A stretch of 64,000 bases of DNA from Bacteroidota bacterium (GTDB lineage: Bacteria; Bacteroidota; Ignavibacteria; UBA10030; UBA8401). How positions within the stretch are numbered: the first letter of the stretch is position 1; the number at the start of each line of letters is the position of its first letter. Both the position numbers and the translations under genes were made by a program. This document shows positions 27,853 through 36,414 of this stretch, one piece after another. Where the stretch lies: NCBI GenBank assembly GCA_013361065.1, contig JABWAK010000002.1:2273-66272 (forward strand), read 5' to 3'. Under the pieces are notes generated by a model. It was not told the origin of the DNA and searched no databases. It worked only from the letters and a program-made list of their open reading frames with translations.

Positions 27853-29322
27853 ATGACACTTGATGAGATCTTCCTTCCGATCCGGCAGCAGATCGTCGGC
27901 ATCGATGCCCGTTTCACCTCGCAGTACGGGGACCAACCGCTCGTCTATGCGGATTGGACCGCCAGCGGGCGCCTGTACGCCCCGATCGAGCAGAAGATGC
28001 TCCATGCCTTCGGTCCGTTCGTCGGCAACACCCACTCCGAATCGTCCGTGACCGGCGGACTGATGACGCATGCGTACCATCATGCGCATGAGATCATCAA
28101 GAAGCATGTGCATGCGGACGGCGATGATGTGCTCTTGTTCATCGGTTCCGGCATGACCGCCGCCATCAACAAGTTCCAGCGGATCCTCGGCGTGAAGGTG
28201 CCGGAGCGGTACCGGGAACGGATCGAGATCCCGGAGCATGAACGTCCGGTCGTCTTTGTCACGCATATGGAGCATCATTCGAATCAGACCACGTGGTACG
28301 AGACGATCGCCGATGTGGTGGTGCTGGAGCCGGATGCGGACGGATTGACGGATGTGGGGAGTCTGCGTGAAGCGCTCCTGAAGTATGCGGACCGCACGAT
28401 GAAGATCGGTTCCTTCTCCGCCTGCTCCAATGTGACCGGCATTGCCACGCCGTACCATGCACTGGCAGCGGTGATGCACGAGGCCGGCGGCATCGCCATC
28501 GTCGATTTCGCCGCAAGCGCGCCGTACGTGGAGATCGACATGCATCCGGCCGATGCGAACCAGCGTCTGGATGCCGTCATTTTCTCACCGCACAAGTTCC
28601 TCGGCGGCCCCGGCACACCCGGCGTGCTGCTGTTCAACCGGAGTCTGTACACGCTCAAATCCCCGGACCAGCCGGGCGGCGGAACGGTGCTCTGGACGAA
28701 TCCCTGGGGCGAGCATATGTTCTCGCCCGATATCGAGGTCCGGGAGGACGGCGGAACGCCGGCATTCCTGCAGGCGATCCGCGCATCGCTGGCGGTGCAG
28801 CTGAAGGAGCAGATGGGCACGGACCGGATCGCCGCGCGCGAGCATGCACTCGGAACGATGATGTTCGGTCTGATGGAACAGGTGCCGCACCTGCATCTGC
28901 TGGCGGAGCACGTGCGGGAGCGGCTCTGCATGTTCTCCTTCTACTTCGACCATATCCATTACAACCTCGCCGTGAAGCTGCTCAACGACCGCTTCGGCAT
29001 CCAGGCGCGGGGCGGCTGTTCCTGCGCCGGCACCTACGGACACTTCCTGCTGCATGTGGACAAGCAGCACAGCAAATCGATCACCGACAAGATCAATGCC
29101 GGTGACCTCTCGGACAAACCGGGCTGGGTCCGCATCTCGCTCCACCCCACCACCACCGAAGAGGAAGTGCGGTACATCGGTGATGCGCTGCAGCAGATCT
29201 CGCGGAATATCGACGCGTGGAAGGACGATTACGCGTACGACCCGCACACCAATGAGTATCACCACCGGCAGGAACACGGGTTGCTCGCCGCTATGACCGC
29301 CTCCTGGTTCAAGGTGACATGA
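27853..29322 (+). CDS. Class-V PLP-dependent aminotransferase (cysteine desulfurase/selenocysteine lyase-like)
   Basis: YADWTASGR, EHHSN, VDFAAS, SPHKFLGGPG (PLP Lys) and RGGCSCAG. Confidence 0.92.
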   Translation: MTLDEIFLPIRQQIVGIDARFTSQYGDQPLVYADWTASGRLYAPIEQKMLHAFGPFVGNTHSESSVTGGLMTHAYHHAHEIIKKHVHADGDDVLLFIGSGMTAAINKFQRILGVKVPERYRERIEIPEHERPVVFVTHMEHHSNQTTWYETIADVVVLEPDADGLTDVGSLREALLKYADRTMKIGSFSACSNVTGIATPYHALAAVMHEAGGIAIVDFAASAPYVEIDMHPADANQRLDAVIFSPHKFLGGPGTPGVLLFNRSLYTLKSPDQPGGGTVLWTNPWGEHMFSPDIEVREDGGTPAFLQAIRASLAVQLKEQMGTDRIAAREHALGTMMFGLMEQVPHLHLLAEHVRERLCMFSFYFDHIHYNLAVKLLNDRFGIQARGGCSCAGTYGHFLLHVDKQHSKSITDKINAGDLSDKPGWVRISLHPTTTEEEVRYIGDALQQISRNIDAWKDDYAYDPHTNEYHHRQEHGLLAAMTASWFKVT

Positions 29323-29600
29323 GCGGATCCGGCTTCCTCCACAGCGCGAACACACTCATCCTGCGCCACATCGCCGCGATCGAAATGACCGGCGTGCTGA
29401 TGCGGATCTTCAGCTTCACCCTCGTCAGCTGGCTGGGCCCGGAGAGTCCGTTCCTGTTCGTCTGGCTCTTCAACACGGCGGATGCGGTGATGCTTTCCTG
29501 GTGTGCGATCCTGAAGAAGGACAAGGCATACACCGTCCTGAACATCTTTTGGATCCTCGTCGGCATCGTCGGAATCGGCCGTGCCGCCGGTTATCTGTAA
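29319..29600 (+). CDS. Small hypothetical membrane protein
   Basis: ATGA overlap with the upstream gene, three hydrophobic segments and host-like codons. Confidence 0.65.
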   Translation: MSGSGFLHSANTLILRHIAAIEMTGVLMRIFSFTLVSWLGPESPFLFVWLFNTADAVMLSWCAILKKDKAYTVLNIFWILVGIVGIGRAAGYL

Positions 29601-29615
29601 TCAACGGAGTCCCCT

Positions 29616-30029
29616 ATGAAACTGACCCTCATGTCGATCGTCGGAGGGATGTTCGGCGCCGGCATCCTCTCCGCCCTCACCAACATTGCGAACCGCGCGT
29701 TCTTTCCGCTGCCGCCGGAGGTGTCGCCGCAGAACCTCGCCGCCCTGCAGGAGTACCTTGCCGGGATGCCGACCGGACCGTACTTGATGTCGCTGGCCGG
29801 GATGGTGCTGGCCGGACTGGCAGGCGGATTCACGGCGGGCGTCATCCAGCCCGAGAAGGGATACCGCAACGGACTGATCGTCGGCGCATTCTACACGATG
29901 TTCGCGGTGACCGGCATGATGATGGTCCCGCATCCGCTCAAACTCTGGATCTCCGCGCTCGCATCGTACATCCCCTGCGCACTGGCGGGGGCTTACTTCG
30001 CATCCATCGCCAAACAGGAGCAACGATGA
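29616..30029 (+). CDS. Hypothetical membrane protein
   Basis: GGAG SD, four TM segments and operonic spacing. Confidence 0.72.
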   Translation: MKLTLMSIVGGMFGAGILSALTNIANRAFFPLPPEVSPQNLAALQEYLAGMPTGPYLMSLAGMVLAGLAGGFTAGVIQPEKGYRNGLIVGAFYTMFAVTGMMMVPHPLKLWISALASYIPCALAGAYFASIAKQEQR

Positions 30030-30550
30030 AACTGATCATGAAGCCCCGCCCGGACGAATACGCGCCGTACTATGACCGGTACATCTCCCTGGTGCCGGAG
30101 GACGGGATGATCCTTCAGCATCTCTATACGAACCGCAAGATGATCGATGCGTTCCTGACCGCCATTCCTGCGGACCGGTGGGAATACCGCTACGCCGAGG
30201 GGAAGTGGACCATCAAAGAGGCGCTGCTGCATGTGATCGATACCGAACGGATCTTCACTTATCGCGCGCTCACGATCGCGCGCGGAGATACCACGCCTCT
30301 TCCGGGATATGAACAGGACGATTATGTGCCGACCTCCGCCGCGAACACGCGGAGCAGCAGCAGTCTGCTGGAAGAATACGCCGCCGTCCGTCAGGCAACA
30401 CTGACGCTGCTGGGGAATCTTCCGGAGGAAGCATGGGGACGCATCGGTACGGCGAATGAGAATCCGGTGTCGGTCCGCGCCATCGCGTACATGCTGGCAG
30501 GACACGAGTTGCATCATCTGTCGATCATCAAGGAACGGTATCTCGCATAA
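30026..30550 (+). CDS. DinB-family protein
   Basis: EYAPYY..YI, YRYAEGKWTIKE..LHVIDTERIF.YRAL and AGHELHH. Start at ATG 30026 (AGGAG SD, ATGA overlap). Confidence 0.9.
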   Translation: MKLIMKPRPDEYAPYYDRYISLVPEDGMILQHLYTNRKMIDAFLTAIPADRWEYRYAEGKWTIKEALLHVIDTERIFTYRALTIARGDTTPLPGYEQDDYVPTSAANTRSSSSLLEEYAAVRQATLTLLGNLPEEAWGRIGTANENPVSVRAIAYMLAGHELHHLSIIKERYLA

Positions 30551-30703
30551 CCCTTTCCTCCGCTCCTCCCTTCCTGCAGCGCGTGCGCACGATACGGTGG
30601 AATGCACCGAACCTGCTGTCCAGGCATAATATCTGGGTTGATAGCGACACACTCCGTCCGATCGACGCGGCGTTCCGTGCGGCGGCCCTCACGATCGCGC
30701 TGA

Positions 30704-31528
30704 TCAACGCACCTGCATGCCGTTCTTGCAGTAAACGAGCATGGCGCGACTGAGGAATTGCGCCAGTCCCGGTGCATACGCATCATAGGTGGCGGTGAAC
30801 CGCGGGTCCTCCACATACATCGCCGCCAATCCCCGGTAGATCTCCTCCGTGACATCATAGAAGAATTCGATAGAGTTGCGATGCTCCTCCACGGCGCGCT
30901 GCACCTCGGCATCGGCCGGGTCCTTCGTCATCAGCAGCGCCAGCCGGCGGTGCAGGGCATCCGACCGCTCCTTGTATGCGCGCCACTGTTCCTTCGTCAG
31001 CGCCCGTACGCGCCGTTCGGATTCCGCAACACGCTCCTTCCCCCAGCGCATCTCTGCTTCCCCCTTGTATGCCGAGGCCTGCTCCGGTGTGAAGCCGTCG
31101 TACAATTCCTTGTCCGTGACCATGGTCGTTCCTTTCTCGATATCGTTCAACGTTCGTTCGATGGTGTGCAGCAGCACCGACAGCCGTCCCTGTTCCTTCT
31201 CGAGCTGCTCCCGATGGGACCGTAATGAAGCGGCAAGGTCGAACTCCGGATCATCCAGCACGCGGACGATCTCGCGCAGCGGGTATCCGAGCGCACTGTA
31301 GAACAGGATCTGCTGCAGACGGAGCAGGTCGTTCCGGTCATAGAGCCGGTACCGCTTCTCGCTCCGCTGCGACGGGACGAGGAGTCCCATGGCATCGTAA
31401 TGATGGAGCGTGCGGATGCTGACGCCGGAGAGCGCGGCAAGCCGGCGGACGGTATACAGGGTCGGTGCTGTTCCCATGGAGGATGCTGATGAATGTGAAG
31501 GGTGTCTGTTCAGGGATTGCTGCATCAC
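30704..31528 (-). CDS. MerR-family regulator with a C-terminal TipAS drug-binding domain (TipA/Mta-like)
   Basis: GVSIRTLHHYD..GLL.P...RYRLY...DLLRLQQIL, then EAEMRWG...YRGLAAMYVEDPRF. Alternative start at ATG 31477. Confidence 0.92.
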   Translation of the reverse strand: MMQQSLNRHPSHSSASSMGTAPTLYTVRRLAALSGVSIRTLHHYDAMGLLVPSQRSEKRYRLYDRNDLLRLQQILFYSALGYPLREIVRVLDDPEFDLAASLRSHREQLEKEQGRLSVLLHTIERTLNDIEKGTTMVTDKELYDGFTPEQASAYKGEAEMRWGKERVAESERRVRALTKEQWRAYKERSDALHRRLALLMTKDPADAEVQRAVEEHRNSIEFFYDVTEEIYRGLAAMYVEDPRFTATYDAYAPGLAQFLSRAMLVYCKNGMQVR

Positions 31529-31534
31529 CCTACA

Positions 31535-31565
31535 AATATACGCACTGACGTTGCGTGAGGGTCAA
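31535..31565 (-). promoter_or_regulatory. MerR-type promoter/operator with a 19-bp spacer
   Basis: TTGACC-CTCACGCAACGTCAGTGCG(19 nt)-TATATT. The dyad CTCACG-CAA-CGTCAG resembles TipA/Mta operators. Confidence 0.85.
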
Positions 31566-31824
31566 GGGCGAATGGTCAAAAATTTACATTTTTTTCGGTT
31601 AGAATGTGCTCTGCGGGGATGCCGTTACCGCCGGAGATGCAGTAGTTGGCGATAGCGGTATATTTTTATTCTACACTGTTGCTTATCCGTGTCAAAAAGA
31701 TCAATTTACGGTATGAGATTGTGATGGGGGGGGCATTCCGTATAATTCACATTTAAATAAATAATCATTGATAAATTCTATCTAATCTTATGTTGGGCCG
31801 TTTTTCAACCAGAGAGTTGTTACC

Positions 31825-32694
31825 ATGAGATTGAAGTTCTTTTTAGTTCTGGTATTGGCCTTTTTTTGTCTTTCCAGTGAATTTGCACTTTCACAGGACT
31901 CAATTGAGGAGATCCCAATTGCTGGAGTGTGGACGTGTGACCGCCCACCCTACGGCATCGATACACTCATAATTTCCGGTGACAGAATAGTTCTCTCCTT
32001 TGTGGTGGAAGTCGGCGGTCAATCTCGTCATATTTACGGCCGAGTCATTAAAAGTGTGGCAGAGAAGAGCCAACTTGCTTACGAAATCTACAAGGTGATA
32101 GAAGGTAACGTAGTTGTCCCGTCAGCACCCGAACATCGGTTTATGGTATATGAAGTGGCAGAGACTGAGCTTTGGACATATACTGATTCTGGCGCATTTC
32201 CGGATCGCGCCTTCCTCAAAGCAAATGCCTACCGAAGTGCATGGCGAACGAAAGATATTCAGCCGTATTTGGTCCGATTCTATGAAAGCTCAAGTTCGGC
32301 ATGTATAGACTCCGTCCTCTATTCAATCTACGACCATCGAGGAGTAACGCGGGGATCGTCCTACGTGACCATTCCACCCAAGTTTATAGGAGGAGTACAG
32401 GCATATGACGCCTACTTCCAACAGGGATTCAACAGGCAAGAATCTCTTGATGGCATTTTCGGCATTGTGAGTGTCTCTTGTACAATAACCTGCAATGGAT
32501 CGGTATCCAATGTTGAAGTGGCAGAAGGTAGGATGAGCGTCCTCCTTCCTAAGACACTTGAATTACTCATGAAGTTAGTATCGGGAATGCCGAATTGGAT
32601 CCCCGCACTTAGTGACTACCGGAAAGTGCCCTGCAGAATAGAAATCCCTTTTGTTATCTCAGATGGCAGGCTGCGTGCGGGCCGTCCGCGATGA
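31825..32694 (+). CDS. Cassette 1: secreted protein with a C-terminal TonB-C-like domain
   Basis: Signal peptide. PPKFIGG...GIVSVSCTITCNGSVSNVEV...MPNWIPA...VPCRIEIPF matches the Bacteroidota TonB_C pattern. Confidence 0.7.
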   Translation: MRLKFFLVLVLAFFCLSSEFALSQDSIEEIPIAGVWTCDRPPYGIDTLIISGDRIVLSFVVEVGGQSRHIYGRVIKSVAEKSQLAYEIYKVIEGNVVVPSAPEHRFMVYEVAETELWTYTDSGAFPDRAFLKANAYRSAWRTKDIQPYLVRFYESSSSACIDSVLYSIYDHRGVTRGSSYVTIPPKFIGGVQAYDAYFQQGFNRQESLDGIFGIVSVSCTITCNGSVSNVEVAEGRMSVLLPKTLELLMKLVSGMPNWIPALSDYRKVPCRIEIPFVISDGRLRAGRPR

Positions 32695-32698
32695 AACG

Positions 32699-32883
32699 GC
32701 CTAACAAGCGGCTCATGACTGACCCCGCAACCGCATTCCTGCCTGTCGGCAGGCATGCGCTCTGAAACTCAAGTGTTGAGTCGTCAGCATACAACTTAGG
32801 ATACGAAAGCTCATTTTATATACATGAGCACTGACCTCTGACCCTGAATGGTTACGGGATAGCTTATCCGCCATCCGATACAT
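32699..32883 (+). other. attC-like site 1 (degenerate R' box, palindrome insert)
   Basis: GCCTAAC-AA-GCGGCTCATGACTGAC ... GATAGCTTATCCGC-CATCC-GATACAT. The core GTT appears mutated to GAT. Confidence 0.65.
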
Positions 32884-32907
32884 GATTGCTATTCTTAATA
32901 ATCCCCT

Positions 32908-33471
32908 ATGAAATATCAATCAACGCTAATCCTGCTGTTTATAGTGCTCCTTTCGCTTTTACATAATGGTTGTTATTCTCCTCAAACGAAGAGATCGGTA
33001 TTTATTTATAAAGGAATGGACTACACTGCATTTTGTGCAGATTCAGTCCGTGTATATTTATCAAATTGGTTTGATTCTACAATTCTTCATTCGGGGACCG
33101 ATAGTTGTAACGGATATTCAGGTGTTTCCTTCACTGATCCTGAACTTACTAATTTGTTAACCAGCGGTGAATTAACAGGAGAGATGTTTTGTAAAGCTAT
33201 TGAGAAACAAACGGGTGAGTACCCACGGCCTCAATTTGATTCATATTTAGGTGATTCCTATCATGATTCGCTAAACTCAGATTTAAATTGGCATGGTGGA
33301 TTGATTGTCGTGGTTCAATGGTTGAATAGATGTACCATTAACGGAGATCGACAAACCACGTTGTGTGTATCAATGAATAGGTTTGAGGTTGGAGGAGATT
33401 GTATGCTATTTTCTTTCACTATTAAGGATGATAAAATTAGAGACTTCAAGTATAAAGGATATATTCTTTAA
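32908..33471 (+). CDS. Cassette 2: hypothetical lipoprotein
   Basis: MKYQSTLILLFIVLLSLLHNGC lipoprotein-like signal, AT-rich. No family recognised. Confidence 0.7.
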   Translation: MKYQSTLILLFIVLLSLLHNGCYSPQTKRSVFIYKGMDYTAFCADSVRVYLSNWFDSTILHSGTDSCNGYSGVSFTDPELTNLLTSGELTGEMFCKAIEKQTGEYPRPQFDSYLGDSYHDSLNSDLNWHGGLIVVVQWLNRCTINGDRQTTLCVSMNRFEVGGDCMLFSFTIKDDKIRDFKYKGYIL

Positions 33472-33500
33472 TTATTCTATTCTTTGCAATCGCTCTGCCA

Positions 33501-33684
33501 TATTAACAATGAACCCCGCATAGAAGCATTGCGGAACAGACAGTTGCAACTGTGGCCTCGAAAAAGTCCCAAGTGTCATGAAATCTAAACTCAACATACG
33601 ATTCGTCAGTATTCAGCATATTAAAAATAAAGCGCGTGGTCGCAGTAAAACGTCTTCACGTAGTTTAGTCGCCATCCGTTAGGC
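33501..33684 (+). other. attC-like site 2 (intact R' box GTTAGGC, degenerate left arm)
   Basis: Right arm GTAGTTTAGTCGC-CATCC-GTTAGGC parallels site 1. The central part (CATG...TCT-AAACTCAA...TCGTCAG) is homologous to the centre of site 1. Confidence 0.65.
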
Positions 33685-33701
33685 GGTTTCCGAGTATATC
33701 A

Positions 33702-34529
33702 ATGATAGACGAAAGAGTGATTAATATATATACTGACGGTTCGTCAAGGTCAACTCCTCGGCGCGGCGGTGTTGGAATAAGGTATATTTATGTAAACGAA
33801 AGTGGTGCGGAAATTTCGACCGATCTTAATTTACCTGGTTACCCTAATGCCACCAGTCAAGAAATGGAGTTACAAGCTTGCGTATTGGCATTGAATCATT
33901 TAGACGACTATCCTGACTTAGCAAGATTCACAAAAGTAGTGATTTACAGCGACTCCAAATACGTTGTTGACAATTTCCACAATGCTCTGTTTCGTTGGTC
34001 AAAGAATGGATGGACTCGAAAAGAAGGAGCTCCCGTGTTGAATGCCACTATTTGGAAGGAGCTATTAAAAGCTATTCGCAAATGCCGACGTAGGGTAGAA
34101 TTCACTAAAGTAAAGGGTCACTCGACAGACCCTCACAATAAAGCAGTGGACAAACTCGCTAAGATATCCTCTTCAATACCATTTAATCAGGCACTTTCAC
34201 CAACAATTGTTCGACGCAAGATGTCTGATCGAAAAACTAAAATTGGCAGTGTGCTTGCAATCGGCCAAAGAATTACAATTCGAATTGTCCAAAGTCAATA
34301 CTTGCGAGAACAAAAGTTGTATCGATATCGATATGAAGTGATGTCTAAATCTAGTCCATTCTACAAGAATGTGGATTTTGCTGTCACTGAACATATCTTG
34401 CGAGAAGCGCATACATATTCTGTTCGAATAAATTCTGAACAAGCTAATCCAAGGATTGTCAAAGTATTCAGAGAGACGATCCCAAACGCGGTTAACAAGG
34501 CAAAGAGAAATGATAATAAAACTGCTTAA
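33702..34529 (+). CDS. Cassette 3: ribonuclease HI with a basic C-terminal extension of about 115 aa
   Basis: IYTDGS, GGVG, TSQEMELQA, IYSDSKYV, W..NGW, V.NA.IW, VKGHS and N..VDKLA: all DEDD residues and the His are present. The TAA stop lies inside the inverse core GCTTAAC. Confidence 0.9.
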   Translation: MIDERVINIYTDGSSRSTPRRGGVGIRYIYVNESGAEISTDLNLPGYPNATSQEMELQACVLALNHLDDYPDLARFTKVVIYSDSKYVVDNFHNALFRWSKNGWTRKEGAPVLNATIWKELLKAIRKCRRRVEFTKVKGHSTDPHNKAVDKLAKISSSIPFNQALSPTIVRRKMSDRKTKIGSVLAIGQRITIRIVQSQYLREQKLYRYRYEVMSKSSPFYKNVDFAVTEHILREAHTYSVRINSEQANPRIVKVFRETIPNAVNKAKRNDNKTA

Positions 34530-34844
34530 CCATATCATAATAGAACCCCGAATAGAACCATTGCGGGGCAAACCCCGCCCAACAACGGCAGGACGGGCTC
34601 GTCAAAAAAAATTAATCCCCGTTCGCATCATGCAGCACAATGATGCGTTCAATATCCCTTGAAGCTGCACAATTTCCATCCTGCCGCCCGGCCAACGTTT
34701 GTCCTCATGACGGTATCTGACTGCGGCGGCGATCCCCGGGGCGGCCGGTACCGCCGTACAGCGGAAATCGCGAAAATTCCGTATATTATGGTAGTTTCTT
34801 TCCGTCCGGTACCGGACAGTATCGTCCAATAACTTAGGGTTCCC

Positions 34845-35345
34845 ATGATCAAACGTCTCCTCGTTCACGCACTCGCTGCGGTCCTCATCCTTGCCGCTGC
34901 CAAACAGTTCGACCGGCCCGTGAAGAACGATTCGAATGACCAGACCCGTCATTTTTCGACGCAATTCCCCATTCCGGACAGCGTGGAAGCGATCCTCACC
35001 GTGGCGTGCTACGACTGCCACAGCAACAATACCCGGTACCCCTGGTATGCCGAGATCCAGCCGATCGGCGGGATGATCAATGACCATGTGGTGCACGGCA
35101 AGAAGGAGCTGAACTTCTCCGAGTTCGCATCGTACCGTCCCCGCAAACAGTTCCACAAGATGGAAGAGGTGGCGGAACTGGTGCGCGACAGCCTGATGCC
35201 GATCGCCGATTACCTGAAGATGCACGAGGATGCCGTGCTGACCGACGCACAGCGGCAGACCATCTATGCCTGGGTAAGCGCCACGCACGACTCCATGCGC
35301 GCACTCTATCCGCCGGACAGCCTGAAAGCGCGCCGCCGCCCATAA
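34845..35345 (+). CDS. Haem-binding domain protein (mono-haem cytochrome c type)
   Basis: ACYDCHSNNTRYPWY, G.KELNFS and MP...Y..MH. Confidence 0.88.
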   Translation: MIKRLLVHALAAVLILAAAKQFDRPVKNDSNDQTRHFSTQFPIPDSVEAILTVACYDCHSNNTRYPWYAEIQPIGGMINDHVVHGKKELNFSEFASYRPRKQFHKMEEVAELVRDSLMPIADYLKMHEDAVLTDAQRQTIYAWVSATHDSMRALYPPDSLKARRRP

Positions 35346-35356
35346 CCCGCACCCCC

Positions 35357-35737
35357 ATGGACTATTCCATCTCCATCACCCGCAGCGGCTCCGCACTGCA
35401 TGCCGTTGTCACCGGAACGAACTCCATCCGCAACGTGGACCGGTACCTCACCGAGATCCGCGCAGCATCGGAGGAGCACGGCGTGAAGGATATCCTGATC
35501 GAGGAACAGCTGCAGGGCGACGGACTCGATACGTTCGACGTCTTCGAGGTGATCCGCACCCACGCACGGTACGCACGGGACCGGAAGCTGCGCATCGCGT
35601 ACGTGGACCTGAACCGGGACCACCACCGCACCACGGTGGCCTTCGGAGAGAATCTGGCGAACATCCTCGGCGTGAATGTGCGTGTGTTCGCGTCGGCGGA
35701 TGAAGCAGCGCACTGGCTCGGCAGCGGCAGCCGCTGA
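35357..35737 (+). CDS. Hypothetical protein (SpoIIAA/STAS-like)
   Basis: 126 aa alpha/beta pattern ending VRVF...DEAAHWL. Confidence 0.65.
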   Translation: MDYSISITRSGSALHAVVTGTNSIRNVDRYLTEIRAASEEHGVKDILIEEQLQGDGLDTFDVFEVIRTHARYARDRKLRIAYVDLNRDHHRTTVAFGENLANILGVNVRVFASADEAAHWLGSGSR

Positions 35738-35760
35738 CAACGCGGACCGGCGTACCTCCC

Positions 35761-36327
35761 ATGAAGATCGGCACAACATTCTATACCCCTCACCGCTCCG
35801 TCTGGCGTGCCTGGCTCGCCAAGCACCATGCGACCGCCTCCGAGATCTGGCTCATCTATTACAAACAGGGTGCTTCCAAGAAGCGGATACCGTACCACGC
35901 TGCGGTGGAAGAAGCGCTCTGCTACGGCTGGATCGACAGCACAACGAAAGCGATCGACGCGGAACGGTATGCACAGCGGTTCTCACCGCGCCGTCCCGGC
36001 TCGGTCCTGTCCGGCCTGAACAAGGAACGGATCCTGCGGCTGATCGCCTCCAAAAAGATGCGCAAGGCCGGGATGACGGCGCTGGCGCACCATCTGGATG
36101 CGAACGGACGCCTGCCGGAAGCGTACACCTTCCCGAAGGATATCCTCGCCGCCATCCGGAAGAACCGTGCGGCCTGGCAGCATTATCAGAAGTTCCCGCT
36201 CCCCTACCGCCGCATCCGCGTTGCGTGGATCGACGGAGCGCGGGACCGGCCCTCCGTGTTCCGGACGCGGCTCCGCTATTTCATCACCAAATGCGAACGG
36301 AACGAACGGTTCGGGATGGAACGGTGA
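35761..36327 (+). CDS. YdeI/OmpD-associated family protein
   Basis: WRAWLAKHH...EIWL.YYK, AVEEALCYGWIDS, RFSPRR and WIDGA..R..RL. Confidence 0.88.
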   Translation: MKIGTTFYTPHRSVWRAWLAKHHATASEIWLIYYKQGASKKRIPYHAAVEEALCYGWIDSTTKAIDAERYAQRFSPRRPGSVLSGLNKERILRLIASKKMRKAGMTALAHHLDANGRLPEAYTFPKDILAAIRKNRAAWQHYQKFPLPYRRIRVAWIDGARDRPSVFRTRLRYFITKCERNERFGMER

Positions 36328-36414
36328 TACCGCCCTCCCGCCACTCCTTCTCCGTCCGCTGACCGTACTGAACCGGTACCGGTCCTCTGTCCATCACCTC
36401 CAACGAACGCATCC

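Larger units (their letters stand above)
31792..34590 (+). mobile_element. Integrase-less integron cassette array (CALIN-like): three cassettes with decayed attC sites
   Basis: AT-rich, co-oriented single genes bounded by GTTGGGC (31792), GCCTAAC (32699), GTTAGGC (33678) and GCTTAAC (34524). Cassette 5' ends are near reverse complements of their own 3' inverse cores. No tyrosine recombinase in the window. Confidence 0.75.

Noticed and set aside
27444..27863. Small ORFs in repeat regions (also 42555-43101, 46304-46627 and 58286-58822)
   Set aside because: They are translations of non-coding repeats with no coding signature.
33480..34529. Retron or other RT system suggested by RNase H plus a structured upstream region
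   Set aside because: No reverse transcriptase ORF (YxDD with RT motifs) is present, and the upstream region is better explained as an attC site.
34592..34611. Hairpin GACGGGCTCGTC followed by A8 as a terminator
   Set aside because: The A-tract is on the wrong side to give a hairpin followed by a U-tract on either strand, and the stem is weak.
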